From the NCBI GenBank assembly GCA_963775795.1, contig CAVZKC010000004.1:820028-884027 (forward strand): a stretch of DNA of 64,000 nucleotides, written 5' to 3'. Each line of letters starts with the position of its first letter. The stretch's first letter is position 1. Source of the DNA: an uncultured Actinomycetes bacterium (GTDB lineage Bacteria; Actinomycetota; Acidimicrobiia; IMCC26256; DASPTH01). The translations under genes were made by a program, and so were the position numbers. The notes beneath the pieces are model-generated. The model searched no databases. It was not told where the DNA came from and worked only from the letters and a program-made list of their open reading frames with translations. Shown here piece after piece: positions 54,139-63,512 of this stretch.

Positions 54139-57100
54139 CGGCACGCTCGTGTTCCTCGATTTCGACCTCGCCCTCGTCGAACGGCTCGGCGAGCTCCGCG
54201 TAGGGGGCGAGGTTGGGGTCGAGACGCTTGCGATCCCATGCACGGCGGAGCTCCACGACGCCGAGCGCGTCGGGGTCGCACGCGGCGCATTCGACGAAGA
54301 TCGAGGTGCTCTGTGCGGTGGGATGCGCGGCGAACACGCCCTCCTCGATGCCGGTGACGATCTTGCCGAGCGTTTCGCTGACCCGTGCGACGACGCCGTC
54401 GTTGACGGGATAGCCGTACGACTTGAAGTCGCCCTTCTGCGACACGAACCAGTACTCGGCGTGCACCTCCGCATCGGGCTCGTGCTGATGGGCGCGGGCC
54501 GCGGCGCCGTAGATCGCGAGCTGCAACCGGAGCCCGCCCTCGGCGGGGTCCTCTTCGGTGATCTGCGTGTAGCTCCTGGGGCTCCCGGTCTTGTAGTCGA
54601 CGATGTGCAGACTCCCGTCGCCAGCGCGGTCGATGCGGTCGGCCTGGCCGTGGAAGCGCAGCTCCCGTCCGTCGGGGAGGGCGAACGGGACCGCGTCGAT
54701 CTCCTCGCTGCGGAAGCCGAACGCGAGCTCGGCCGCGATCGGCCGGGTGCCCTTCTCGCGCCGGATACGCTCGTCTTCGTCGAGGAACCGCTGCAGGTCG
54801 GCCAAGATGTGGCCGCGGTCGCGGTGCCAGAAGACCGCCCGGCCGGTGAGGCCGCGCGCCTCGAACTCGTCGCAGAGCGCTTCGCCGACCTCGTTCATGC
54901 GCGCCCGGTCGGCTGGCGTCCACGGCTCGCCCGGTTGCGGTTGGTCGTCGCCAGGCCGCTCGAGCACTTCGAGGATGAACCGTTCGAGCGCGGCGTGGAC
55001 GAGGTTGCCCCGGTCGAGCGCCGTGATCTGCAGCCGGTCCTCCGGGTTCTCAACGGTGTCGGCGCGCAACACGTACTCGACGAAGTAGCGAAACGGGCAC
55101 GCAGCCCACTTCTCCAGGCGCGTCGCCGAGGTCGGTCTTTCGATCGGCGATGGAATCGAGAGCCCGGCGAGGTTGCCGTCGAAGCGCGTGAACCTCCCGC
55201 TGCGGCGCGCCGCGAGCGCGGTCGCCGCGCGCACGATGTCGGGGTCGGTGCTCGCGTCGACCAGGGTTTGCGCGTCGCGCGGCGCCGACGCCATCAGCGA
55301 GCGGAGGTGATGCTCCTGCGCGGTCGCGGGGAAGTCGAGGGCGCGTAGGCCGGCCTCGAACGACGCGCTCGGTTCGACCCACGGCTCGTCGGCGCCGAGC
55401 AGGTGCTCGGTCCACCATCGCGTGCCGGCGAAGTGCGACGCGATGTCGAGCACCCAGCGCGACGCGATGCGCTCGCTGCTGCGGCGGAGGTCGCCGCGCG
55501 GCACGCCGAGGACGCGGTTCGACGCGCCCGCGAGTGTCGCCAGGAATTGCCGGTGCTCGCGTTCGATGCGCTGGTGGCGGAGCGGGAGCTCGTCACCCGC
55601 GGCCTGCCGTTCGAGATCTGGGAGCAGCGAGTCGTCACGGACCGGTGCCGGGAACGTGCCCTCGGCGAGGCCGAGGAGGATCACGAGGTCGAGGTCGAGC
55701 CCGATGCCCATCGTGATCGGGCCGACGAGGACGCCGTCGCCGAAGCGGCCGACGCGTCCGAGGTCGGACTCGAGCTCGAGCGCGAGCGTGCGCGTGAAGA
55801 CGTCGAGGCCGACCGGGCCTTCGACGTGGTCGAGGGTCGCCAGCCGGTCGAGCGCGGCCTCGACCCGCTCGGTGGCCTTGCGTTCGGCGTCGGGCCAGCG
55901 TTCGCGGCGTGCGGCGCCGCCGAGTGATTCGGCGAGGCGCGTGCACGCCCATGCGGCGCGTGCACTCCAGGGACGCGACTGCTTCGCTTCGGCGGCGAGG
56001 GTTCGGATGAGGTCGAGCACGAAGGCGCGCAGCTCGCCGCGCGGGTGGCGTTCCGTCGGAGTCGCTCGGCGCGCCACTCCAGTGCGTCGGGGTCGGCGTC
56101 GGCGACCTCCGCGGCGGCGTCGGCTTCGTCGGCGAACACCGCGAGCCGCTGGCTCCAGTCGGACTCGCCGCCGACGACGCCGGCCTCGCGCGACAGCCGC
56201 TCCCACACGGTCGTCGGGATCCACCGACCGTCGACGCGCAGCGGCGCGGACGCGAGCCACCCCATCACGTCCTGCCGTCGGAAGTCGCCCTCGGGAAGTC
56301 GCAACAGATCGAGCAGCACGCGTCCCGCCATGCGTCCCGCGAGGGGGACGACCGCGGGCCCGTTGACCTTCACCTGCGCAGCAGCAAGGTGTTCGTGCAC
56401 CAGTCGCGCGTACGGCTCCGCGCTCGCGTGGAGGATGGCGATGCGGTCGAGCGGTGTGCCGGCGCGGACGGCATCGATGACCTTGCGCACGGCGACGCGG
56501 ACCTCGTCGTCGGCGTCGGAGACGAGCACGATGCGGGTGCTGACGGGAGTGACGCCGCCGTTCGGCTCGACGATCGGCTTGGTTGGTTGCTCTCGGGTCA
56601 GCCGGTCGAGGCTCCGATCGACCTCGGCATCGGCGTTCTCGTCGCCGGTGCAGCCGACGAGAACGGCGACGTCGGTGGCAACGCCTGCTGCCTGCAGGAG
56701 TCGAGCCGCGTGCGGCGTGAGCTGCTGCGGCAGGTACACGACGACGGTGCCGAGCTGCGCGGCAGCGCTGGGGGTACGCAGCGCGTCGGCGGCCGCGGTC
56801 ATCAGGTCTTGCTCGTCGTACCAATCGCGTTCGAGCTTGGCGCGCGCGACTCGGTGCAGCCGCACGACGTCCCTGGCTCGAGGCCCGGTCGCGGCGATGG
56901 ATTCGAGACCGAGTTCCGAGACCTCGCGCAACTCGCGATACGTCGCGACGAGCGCGGTCTCGGTGGCGTCGTGCTGTGCGACGGGTGCGAAGAGCCCCGC
57001 GTCGACGGCGAGTGCGGCGCGCAGCGCAACGGCGATGACCGGCGTCGACACCGGCCGGCGGCCGGCGCTCGCGAGTGCGGGCGCCCCGAGGAACTCGGCC

Positions 57101-57330
57101 AGGCGGTAGGGAGTGACGAAGCTGACGGCTGCGAGCCCGATGCCGCGGGGGCTGATCGGCCCGAGCGATCCGGAGGCAAGCAACCGGCGCGTGGCGACAC
57201 CGACGTGGTTCGACGGCACGACGACGGTCACGGGCGCGAGCGGATCGTCCCCCTTGATTGCGCCGAGTTGCGCCCGCAACGCCTCCGCCCCGCCCCGCCC
57301 GTAACCCACGGACTCCACCCGTAGTGCCAT
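54131..57330 (-). pseudogene. AdnA/AddB-like helicase-nuclease partner subunit, apparent frameshift near 56035-56055
   Basis: The N-terminal frame (from ATG 57330, MALRVESVGYG...) is protein-like up to ...EWRAERLRRNATR. The protein continues in another frame (RGELRAFVLDLIRTLAAE...IVDYKTG...ECAAC...). Length 3200 nt is not a multiple of 3. Confidence 0.8.
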
Positions 57331-57362
57331 CCGAGCGATGGTACGCAGCGGGTGTGACGGTG

Positions 57363-60300
57363 TCAGGAGGGCGGCGCGGCCAGCTCCCGGTAACGGCACA
57401 GCGCGTTCGCCAGCCTGACCTGCTCGGGGGTGCGGCACAGGGCGTCGAACAGCGCCGGGCTGCACACCAGCACGCACATCGCCCGCGCCCGCGACACCGC
57501 GACGTTGAGCCGGTGCAGGTCGTAGAGGAAGTCCATCCCACGCGGGATGTCGTCGGGGGTCGACGTCGCCATCGAGTAGATGGTGAGCGGCGCCTCTCTT
57601 CCCTGGAACTTGTCGACCGTCCCCACCCGCGCGCCGGCCGGTAGGTGCTGCCGCAACATCGCGACCTGCGCGTTGTACGGCGCGATCACCAGCACGTCAT
57701 CGAGCATCAACGGGCGCGTCCTCACGTCGGCATCGGTCCACGGCCTGCCCATCTGCGCGTGCACGAGCGCGTCCACCGCTTCGGCCTCCTCGAGCGACGA
57801 ACTGCGGTTCCCCCGGTGCTCCACCAGCTCGAGGCGCAGGCCCGCCTCGCCCGCGATCGCCTGGCCCTCCAGCCCCGGCTCCGAATGGAGCCGCTCGTCG
57901 TACGCGACCTCACTCACGAACGCGCACACCGCCGGGTGCATCCGGTACGTCGTGCCGAGGAACAGACCCAAGTCCTCGGGCAGCGTTGCCGCGTCGCCCA
58001 GCAGGTGCGCGAGCGCGGAGGCCTCCGCGCCCTTCGGGTGCGCGCCCTTCGACGGCTGCGCGAGCTGCTGGGGATCGCCCAGCAACACCACGCTCTCCGC
58101 CGCGCCGCTCATCGCCACCACGTCGGCGAGTGACTTCTGCCCCGCTTCGTCGACGAACAGCACGTCGACCGAGCCCGCCATGTCGGCACGCGCCCACAAC
58201 CACGACGTGCCCGCCACCACATCGACCCGGTCGTCCCCGATCGCCGTGACCACCTCGTCGTTCCCGCCGACGCACTCGACCTCGGCCGACGTGCAGCGCT
58301 GGTGATCTTCCGCCTTCTGCAGGGCCCGCACCTTCACACCGGCCTCGGCGGCGTGTTCGCACATCGCGTCGAGCAAGTTGCCGATGGCAGCGTGGCTGTG
58401 CGCGGTGATGCCCACGCGCTTCCCCGACCGCACAAGGTCGACGATCATGCGCGCACCCGTATACGTCTTGCCCGACCCGGGCGGGCCCTGGACCGCCAGG
58501 CTCGTGTGGTCGAGCGAGCCCACCACTCGGCGCGCCGCGTCGCCGCCGTGCTCACCGAGGCGGGCGATCGGACCGACCGGCAGCGTGCCCACCAGGCGGG
58601 GCGGCCGACGGCGCAGCAGGTCGCACGCGGCCTGGTAGCGGGGAGTGCCGAGCCCGTCGGTCAGCACCGCCTCCGCGACCCGCACGATCGCGTCGGCCTG
58701 TGCGTTCTGGCTCACCGGCGCGCGCGGCATCAGCGCCCGGGGATGAGGCACGTCGTTCAGGCTCGGGCCGCGCACCAGGTCGATCGTGCCGGCGATGTCG
58801 TCGACGCGGGCGACCCGGCCCGCGGGCCGCAGGCCGAACGGATCGAACGGCTCCGACCCGATGCCGAACTTGTGGTCTTGCGGTGGGAAGCGGTACCGCA
58901 CGACCGTCGACTTCCTCTCCGTGCCCACCAAGCCGTCGAGCTCGAGGCCGCCGATGCACTCGCGGTCTTCAAGGAAGTCGTCGTCGCCCAGGTAGTCGCG
59001 CTGCTGGAAGTAGGCCCACCAGTCGGGCTTCTCCTCCCGACGGTGGAACTGCAGGAGGTGCGCGAGGAGCCAGCGGGCCTGATCGTCGGCGGTGCGGTCG
59101 TCGGCCTCGGCGGGCAGGCCGTCGAGGAGCTGATCGGTCAGCTCGGCTGCCCGCTCGTCGCGCTCCTGCACCTGTTCCGACGGCGCGCCGTCGCCCGGGG
59201 CCGGGCGTGCCATCGGGCCGAGGCGAGCGACCAGGACCTCACGCTGGCCTTCCAGCCAATCGCGCAGGAGATAGGCGGAGCGGCAGTCGTCTTCGTTGTA
59301 GGCGCGGATGGCTTCGAGCCGCTGCGGGTCGTGGTCTGCCAGGTAGTGCTCGTAGGCGACGACGCTCGCGCCCGCGTCCATCACCTCGCCCTCGGGCCGC
59401 GCCGTGTAGAGGCGTTCGACCTGCTTGAGCGAGTACGACTCGGACCCGTAGCGCACGCCCTGGCGGAACACCGCGTAGAGGTCGACGAACGCCTCGCCGC
59501 GCAGCAGCTCGTCGACCTCCGCTTCGCGGGTGCCGTGCATGCCCATGAGACGCTTCAGCGCGACCGGCTCGTAGGGCGCGTAGTGGTAGACGTGCAGCTC
59601 GGGAAACACGCGGCGGCGCTCGCTCAGCCAGTCGACGAATTGCTCGAACGCCCGGCCCTCGTCCTCGCGGTCGTGGGCCCAGAAGTCGCGGTACTGCGCC
59701 TCGCCGGCGTCGTCGAGGTACACGACGCCGAACAGATACTCGAGGCCGCCCTCGAGCGCGAAGCGGTCGCCTTCCATGTCGAAGAACACGTCGCCGGGCG
59801 ACGGTTCGGGCAGCGCCGCGAACCCGCGGTGGCGCCAGCCGCCGCCGTTCGCCACCGCGACCGGATCGGGTGCCTCGGGCTCGAGCAGCTCGAAGAACGG
59901 CGGGTCGACGCCCTCGCTTCGCACCTGGAGCTCGGCCTGCTGGCGGAGCCGCTCGAGCACTGGCTCCTGGATGCGGCCGACGGGAGTGTCGGGCGGCAGC
60001 GCCGCGAGCGCGCGGCGGGTGGCGACGTCCGCGTCGACGAGCTTGCGGGTGTGGTCACGTCGCATCCCCGACACGAGCGAGAGGTGATCGTCGGTGCGGC
60101 GGCGTTCGATGCAGACGTCGTTCCAGCGGCAGATGCCGCAGTGATCCACGGGATCGGGGTAGGTGATCGCGACGTCGGCCGCGACGAGCGCCTCGCAGCG
60201 CGCCTTCAGCGACCGGTAGTACGCGGCCGCGTCGCGCAGCAGGTGGGAGTGCTGCTCACCGTCGCCGGTGAGCACGTGGATGTGCTCGGGCGCTCGGCCC

Positions 60301-60788
60301 TGGAGGCGCTCGACGTGCTCGGAGTAGGAGCACATCTGCACGATGGCCGCCGCCTTCACGCGAACGGCGAGCTTGGCGTCGGCGACCTCGTAGGAGTGGT
60401 GGCCGAGAGCGCTCGGGGTGTCGACCTTGAAGAGGAAGTCGGCGTGGCCCCGCCAGCGACCGTCGAAGAACGTGGCCTGGTAGATCACGTCGACGCCGTC
60501 TCGCATCGCTGCGAGCGTGGCCGCTTCGGCGGCGACGAGCTCGGCGCGGGTGAAGCTGTCGTTCGTGATCTCGACGACCGACCGTCCTTCGGCACGCAGG
60601 CGCGCCAAGTAGGCGGCCTCGTGCTCGTCGCCCTTGCGGCCGAGCACGTCGAGCATGGGGTCTTCGCGGCTGGGGCGCTCGAGCGCACCGCTCGCGGCGG
60701 CCAGCTCGAGGCGCGTCAGGTGCCGGCACACGGCGAACCCCGTGAGGTCGGTCGCGCTGAGGATCAGCTCACCATCGACGCGCTGCAC
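57363..60788 (-). CDS. three-domain nuclease-helicase: Cas4/RecB-like Fe-S nuclease, RNase-H-like domain and SF1B (Upf1/Dna2-like) helicase (TM0106-type family)
   Basis: N-terminus has Cys21 plus CGICRWNDVC and D..EVADAK. Middle has DVFFDMEGD...YNEDDC. C-terminus has GPPGSGKTY, LFVDEAGQ, LLGDPQQL, VDKFQGREAP, NVAVSRAR. 1141 aa. Confidence 0.85.
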   Translation of the reverse strand: MQRVDGELILSATDLTGFAVCRHLTRLELAAASGALERPSREDPMLDVLGRKGDEHEAAYLARLRAEGRSVVEITNDSFTRAELVAAEAATLAAMRDGVDVIYQATFFDGRWRGHADFLFKVDTPSALGHHSYEVADAKLAVRVKAAAIVQMCSYSEHVERLQGRAPEHIHVLTGDGEQHSHLLRDAAAYYRSLKARCEALVAADVAITYPDPVDHCGICRWNDVCIERRRTDDHLSLVSGMRRDHTRKLVDADVATRRALAALPPDTPVGRIQEPVLERLRQQAELQVRSEGVDPPFFELLEPEAPDPVAVANGGGWRHRGFAALPEPSPGDVFFDMEGDRFALEGGLEYLFGVVYLDDAGEAQYRDFWAHDREDEGRAFEQFVDWLSERRRVFPELHVYHYAPYEPVALKRLMGMHGTREAEVDELLRGEAFVDLYAVFRQGVRYGSESYSLKQVERLYTARPEGEVMDAGASVVAYEHYLADHDPQRLEAIRAYNEDDCRSAYLLRDWLEGQREVLVARLGPMARPAPGDGAPSEQVQERDERAAELTDQLLDGLPAEADDRTADDQARWLLAHLLQFHRREEKPDWWAYFQQRDYLGDDDFLEDRECIGGLELDGLVGTERKSTVVRYRFPPQDHKFGIGSEPFDPFGLRPAGRVARVDDIAGTIDLVRGPSLNDVPHPRALMPRAPVSQNAQADAIVRVAEAVLTDGLGTPRYQAACDLLRRRPPRLVGTLPVGPIARLGEHGGDAARRVVGSLDHTSLAVQGPPGSGKTYTGARMIVDLVRSGKRVGITAHSHAAIGNLLDAMCEHAAEAGVKVRALQKAEDHQRCTSAEVECVGGNDEVVTAIGDDRVDVVAGTSWLWARADMAGSVDVLFVDEAGQKSLADVVAMSGAAESVVLLGDPQQLAQPSKGAHPKGAEASALAHLLGDAATLPEDLGLFLGTTYRMHPAVCAFVSEVAYDERLHSEPGLEGQAIAGEAGLRLELVEHRGNRSSSLEEAEAVDALVHAQMGRPWTDADVRTRPLMLDDVLVIAPYNAQVAMLRQHLPAGARVGTVDKFQGREAPLTIYSMATSTPDDIPRGMDFLYDLHRLNVAVSRARAMCVLVCSPALFDALCRTPEQVRLANALCRYRELAAPPS

Positions 60789-60935
60789 GACTCCCCGTCC
60801 CGGGCATTGGGAGCATCACGGCCAGTTGTGCGCTCCGTGCTCGGCAGCCGCGATCAACGCGGCGGCTTCAGTTCTCCCGAGGAAGCCGCGACGGCGGCGG
60901 CCGGCCATCAGGGAACGCACTCTCGGGCGAGGTTC

Positions 60936-61115
60936 CTATTCGTCCTTCATCAGCGAGAGCAGCTGCTTGCGGAGCTCAGGACTGTCCTCGTGAAGATGCA
61001 CCGAAACCGCGTGCTCGGCGGCGGCTTGGAGCAACTCGCTTTCGGTTCCGCACATCAGCAATGTGCAACCGGTCTCGCTTGGAAAGTCGCGACAGTCGAT
61101 CACCTTGCGCGTCAT
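60936..61115 (-). CDS. DUF1059-like small protein
   Basis: MTRKVIDCRDFPSETGCTLLMCGTESELLQAAAEHAVSVH from the internal ATG 61115. Confidence 0.6.
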   Translation of the reverse strand: MTRKVIDCRDFPSETGCTLLMCGTESELLQAAAEHAVSVHLHEDSPELRKQLLSLMKDE

Positions 61116-61306
61116 CGCCGCCTCCCGGCCCGTCCCCGCGACGACCCTCGTCCAGCCGCCGTCACCGTGCAGTATGCCCCACGCCAGGTCAGCGCAAAAT
61201 GCGCGTTCCAGAGCGGCGGTGCCTGGAGTGCGAGCGCGCGTCAATCGGGTTTGAGGCTCCCAGCGGAACGCCTGAGCGGCGCGCGAGCTCCCGGCGCCAA
61301 GCCCGG

Positions 61307-61909
61307 CTACGGAAGATCGATGAAGACGACCTCACGCAGGCTCTGCTCGCCAATGGTGACTCCTTGATCGGAGAAGTCCACCGTCTCCACCACCGCGGCC
61401 GCCGCCGCGAACGCCCGCGTCGCCGCCTCGTCCGCCCAGACCGTGCCGTTGATCGAGTCGCCGGTCTGGCGGTTGATCAGCTGGCGCATGGCCCGGTACC
61501 CGGGTTGCTGTTTGAGCATCGGGAGTATGTCACGCTTGAAGGAGTCGAGATTGTCGTCGATCTTGGCCAGTTCTATTCTGCTCCGGCGGATATAAAGCCC
61601 GGAGCCGATGCCGGGCGGTTCGGCGACATCCATGACCGCCTGCTCGAAGGTCTCGACCGAGAGCTCTCCGCCGACGACAGCACGACCTTCCTCGCGGGTC
61701 TGGGCCAGGACGCCATCGCTCGCGTCTCTGTCCGCCGCGGTCTCCCATACGGTCAACACGCCCAGCACGCCACCTGCGCGGTCCGCGCTCGCGGTCATCT
61801 CTCGGTAGCCCTTTTGTTGGCGCAGCAGCGGCGCCACCTTCTCCCCGAGAAACGTCACTCCCCCGTCGACATTTGTGGCGCCGGTGAAGTTCACGACACG
61901 AACGAACAT
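61307..61909 (-). CDS. tandem ABM/dimeric alpha-beta-barrel domain protein (hypothetical)
   Basis: Two ~95-aa halves with similar pattern (MFVRVVNFTG...GVLTVWETAADRDA / LYIRRSRIEL...GTVWADEAATRAF). Confidence 0.5.
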   Translation of the reverse strand: MFVRVVNFTGATNVDGGVTFLGEKVAPLLRQQKGYREMTASADRAGGVLGVLTVWETAADRDASDGVLAQTREEGRAVVGGELSVETFEQAVMDVAEPPGIGSGLYIRRSRIELAKIDDNLDSFKRDILPMLKQQPGYRAMRQLINRQTGDSINGTVWADEAATRAFAAAAAVVETVDFSDQGVTIGEQSLREVVFIDLP

Positions 61910-62104
61910 TGAATCCCCCTCTGCGCTGATGAGGGACCGAACTCTACTAGTGGCCCTACGCGAATGAAAGCTCTACGCGTCTGAGTAGGGAGTGACTTGT
62001 AGCTGAGGGTCCACCAGTCGGGGGAGGGGTCCGTCATCGTTGCGGCTGCTGAAGGCTGACCATGGCTCCCCCCAAGCGCCCCAACGATCCGATCCGCTGG
62101 GTGA

Positions 62105-62242
62105 CTCGCGCGCGATCTCCACGCATCGACGTCGGAGCTGCAGTGGATCGTCGACGCGTACGCGCTCGTGTTCGCGGGGCTGCTGCTCGTCGGGGGCAGC
62201 CTGGGTGACCGATTCGGCCGCCGGGGCGTGCTCTCGCTCGGG
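62105..62242 (+). pseudogene. 46-codon fragment of a DHA2/EmrB-type MFS transporter
   Basis: [46 protein letters not shown] is the TM2-TM3 signature. A TGA lies immediately upstream, and the sequence becomes non-family-like downstream. Confidence 0.5.
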
Positions 62243-62363
62243 CCCGCTCGTCGCTCGCCGGCCAACGGGCGGCGCTACGCCACCGGCTTGGGCGCGCCCA
62301 ACCCGCCGCTTTCCTCCTTGGGCCCCGCAGCGCGAGGATCAGGACCACAGCAGGAGGACAACC

Positions 62364-62678
62364 ATGACGGTGCACCAGTGTCCGTTCTGCGAACTGCGGT
62401 TCGCGAACACGACCGAGCTCGAGCAGCACATCACGACGGACCATGCGGAACACATCCGGCTCCAGGGCGCGCCGCGCTTCGACCAGGACGCCCCGCCGCC
62501 CGAGCCCCAACCGCACCACCCCGACGTACCCCGCACCTGGGACGACGCGCGCTACCAGACCGCCGAGTTCGAGGCCCTGCTCCGCAAGTACGACGGCGAC
62601 TACCAGAAGGCGGTCGACGCGCTACTGCGGGGCGAGCACGAGGACACGCAGGGCACGGGCATGTCCAACCCGATGTAG
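62364..62678 (+). CDS. small protein with one classical C2H2 zinc finger
   Basis: AGGAGG then ATG 62364. CPFC-x12-H-x4-H ([24 protein letters not shown]). 104 aa. Confidence 0.65.
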   Translation: MTVHQCPFCELRFANTTELEQHITTDHAEHIRLQGAPRFDQDAPPPEPQPHHPDVPRTWDDARYQTAEFEALLRKYDGDYQKAVDALLRGEHEDTQGTGMSNPM

Positions 62679-63512
62679 CGCACGGGGCTCGGCGGGCCTG
62701 CCCGCCGTGACGCCGGGGGCACCAGTCGCGCCGGGTCACACGGGCCCCGCTGGCGGACCGCGCCCAGATCCAACAGTCGGCGGCGGAGCACCGGCTCTCG
62801 CATCGTCCCGTCACCCGTGTGGCGTTCGGCACACGCACCCGGCTCGGGTGACGGTGACGGCGGCGGCGCCCGGAGTGCCGCGTCGTACGCGCGCAGGTGC
62901 TGCAGCACGAGCGCTGCCATGGCGTCCGCACCGGCGGGCGTGAGGTGGACGTTGTCGCCCGCGAGCAGCGCGGGTTGTGCCGACGCGACCGCGTTCCAGT
63001 CGACTACCTCGATCGAGGGATGGCGGGCGACAGCCGCACCCAGCTGCGCGTTCATCTCCGCGCGCCCGTTCTCGAACACATGCTGCGTCAGCCACATGAC
63101 CTTGGGGACGCCGACGAGCGCGGCCATCGCGGCATCGATGCGGCGGGCGAACTCGACCGCGTCGGTGCCGTCGTTGTAGCCGAGGTCGGTGACGACGACG
63201 TCGGGCGCCAGCGCGCGGGCGGCGGCCAACTGACCGGTCGCACCGAGGAGCGAGAGGTTCTCCGCCGCGTCCGCGTGCACCTCGAATCCCGCACCTCCGA
63301 GCGCGGCGGTGAAGGCCGGCACCGCGCCGAGCAGCACCGAGTCGCCGACGACCGCCACCCGCAGCGGTGCGACGACCGGCGCGGCAGTCGCCGTGCCGCG
63401 CCGGGCCCGCGGGAGCCGCGACGAGCGCGAGCAACGCGAGCGCGAGCGCCACGGCGGCGCGACGGCGCGCGGCTGCCCGCGTCAGCGGCGCTCGAGCGAT
63501 GAGCGGTCCCAC
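62600..63512 (-). pseudogene. secreted SGNH/GDSL hydrolase; signal peptide and catalytic domain lie in different frames
   Basis: The catalytic frame (ORF 62600-63358) reads VAVVGDSVLLG...DLGYNDG...DNVHLTPAG. Immediately upstream in another frame is a good signal peptide (RAAARRRAAVALALALLALVAAPAGPA). The switch is near 63390-63410. The 3' ~80 codons are not protein-like. Confidence 0.5.
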
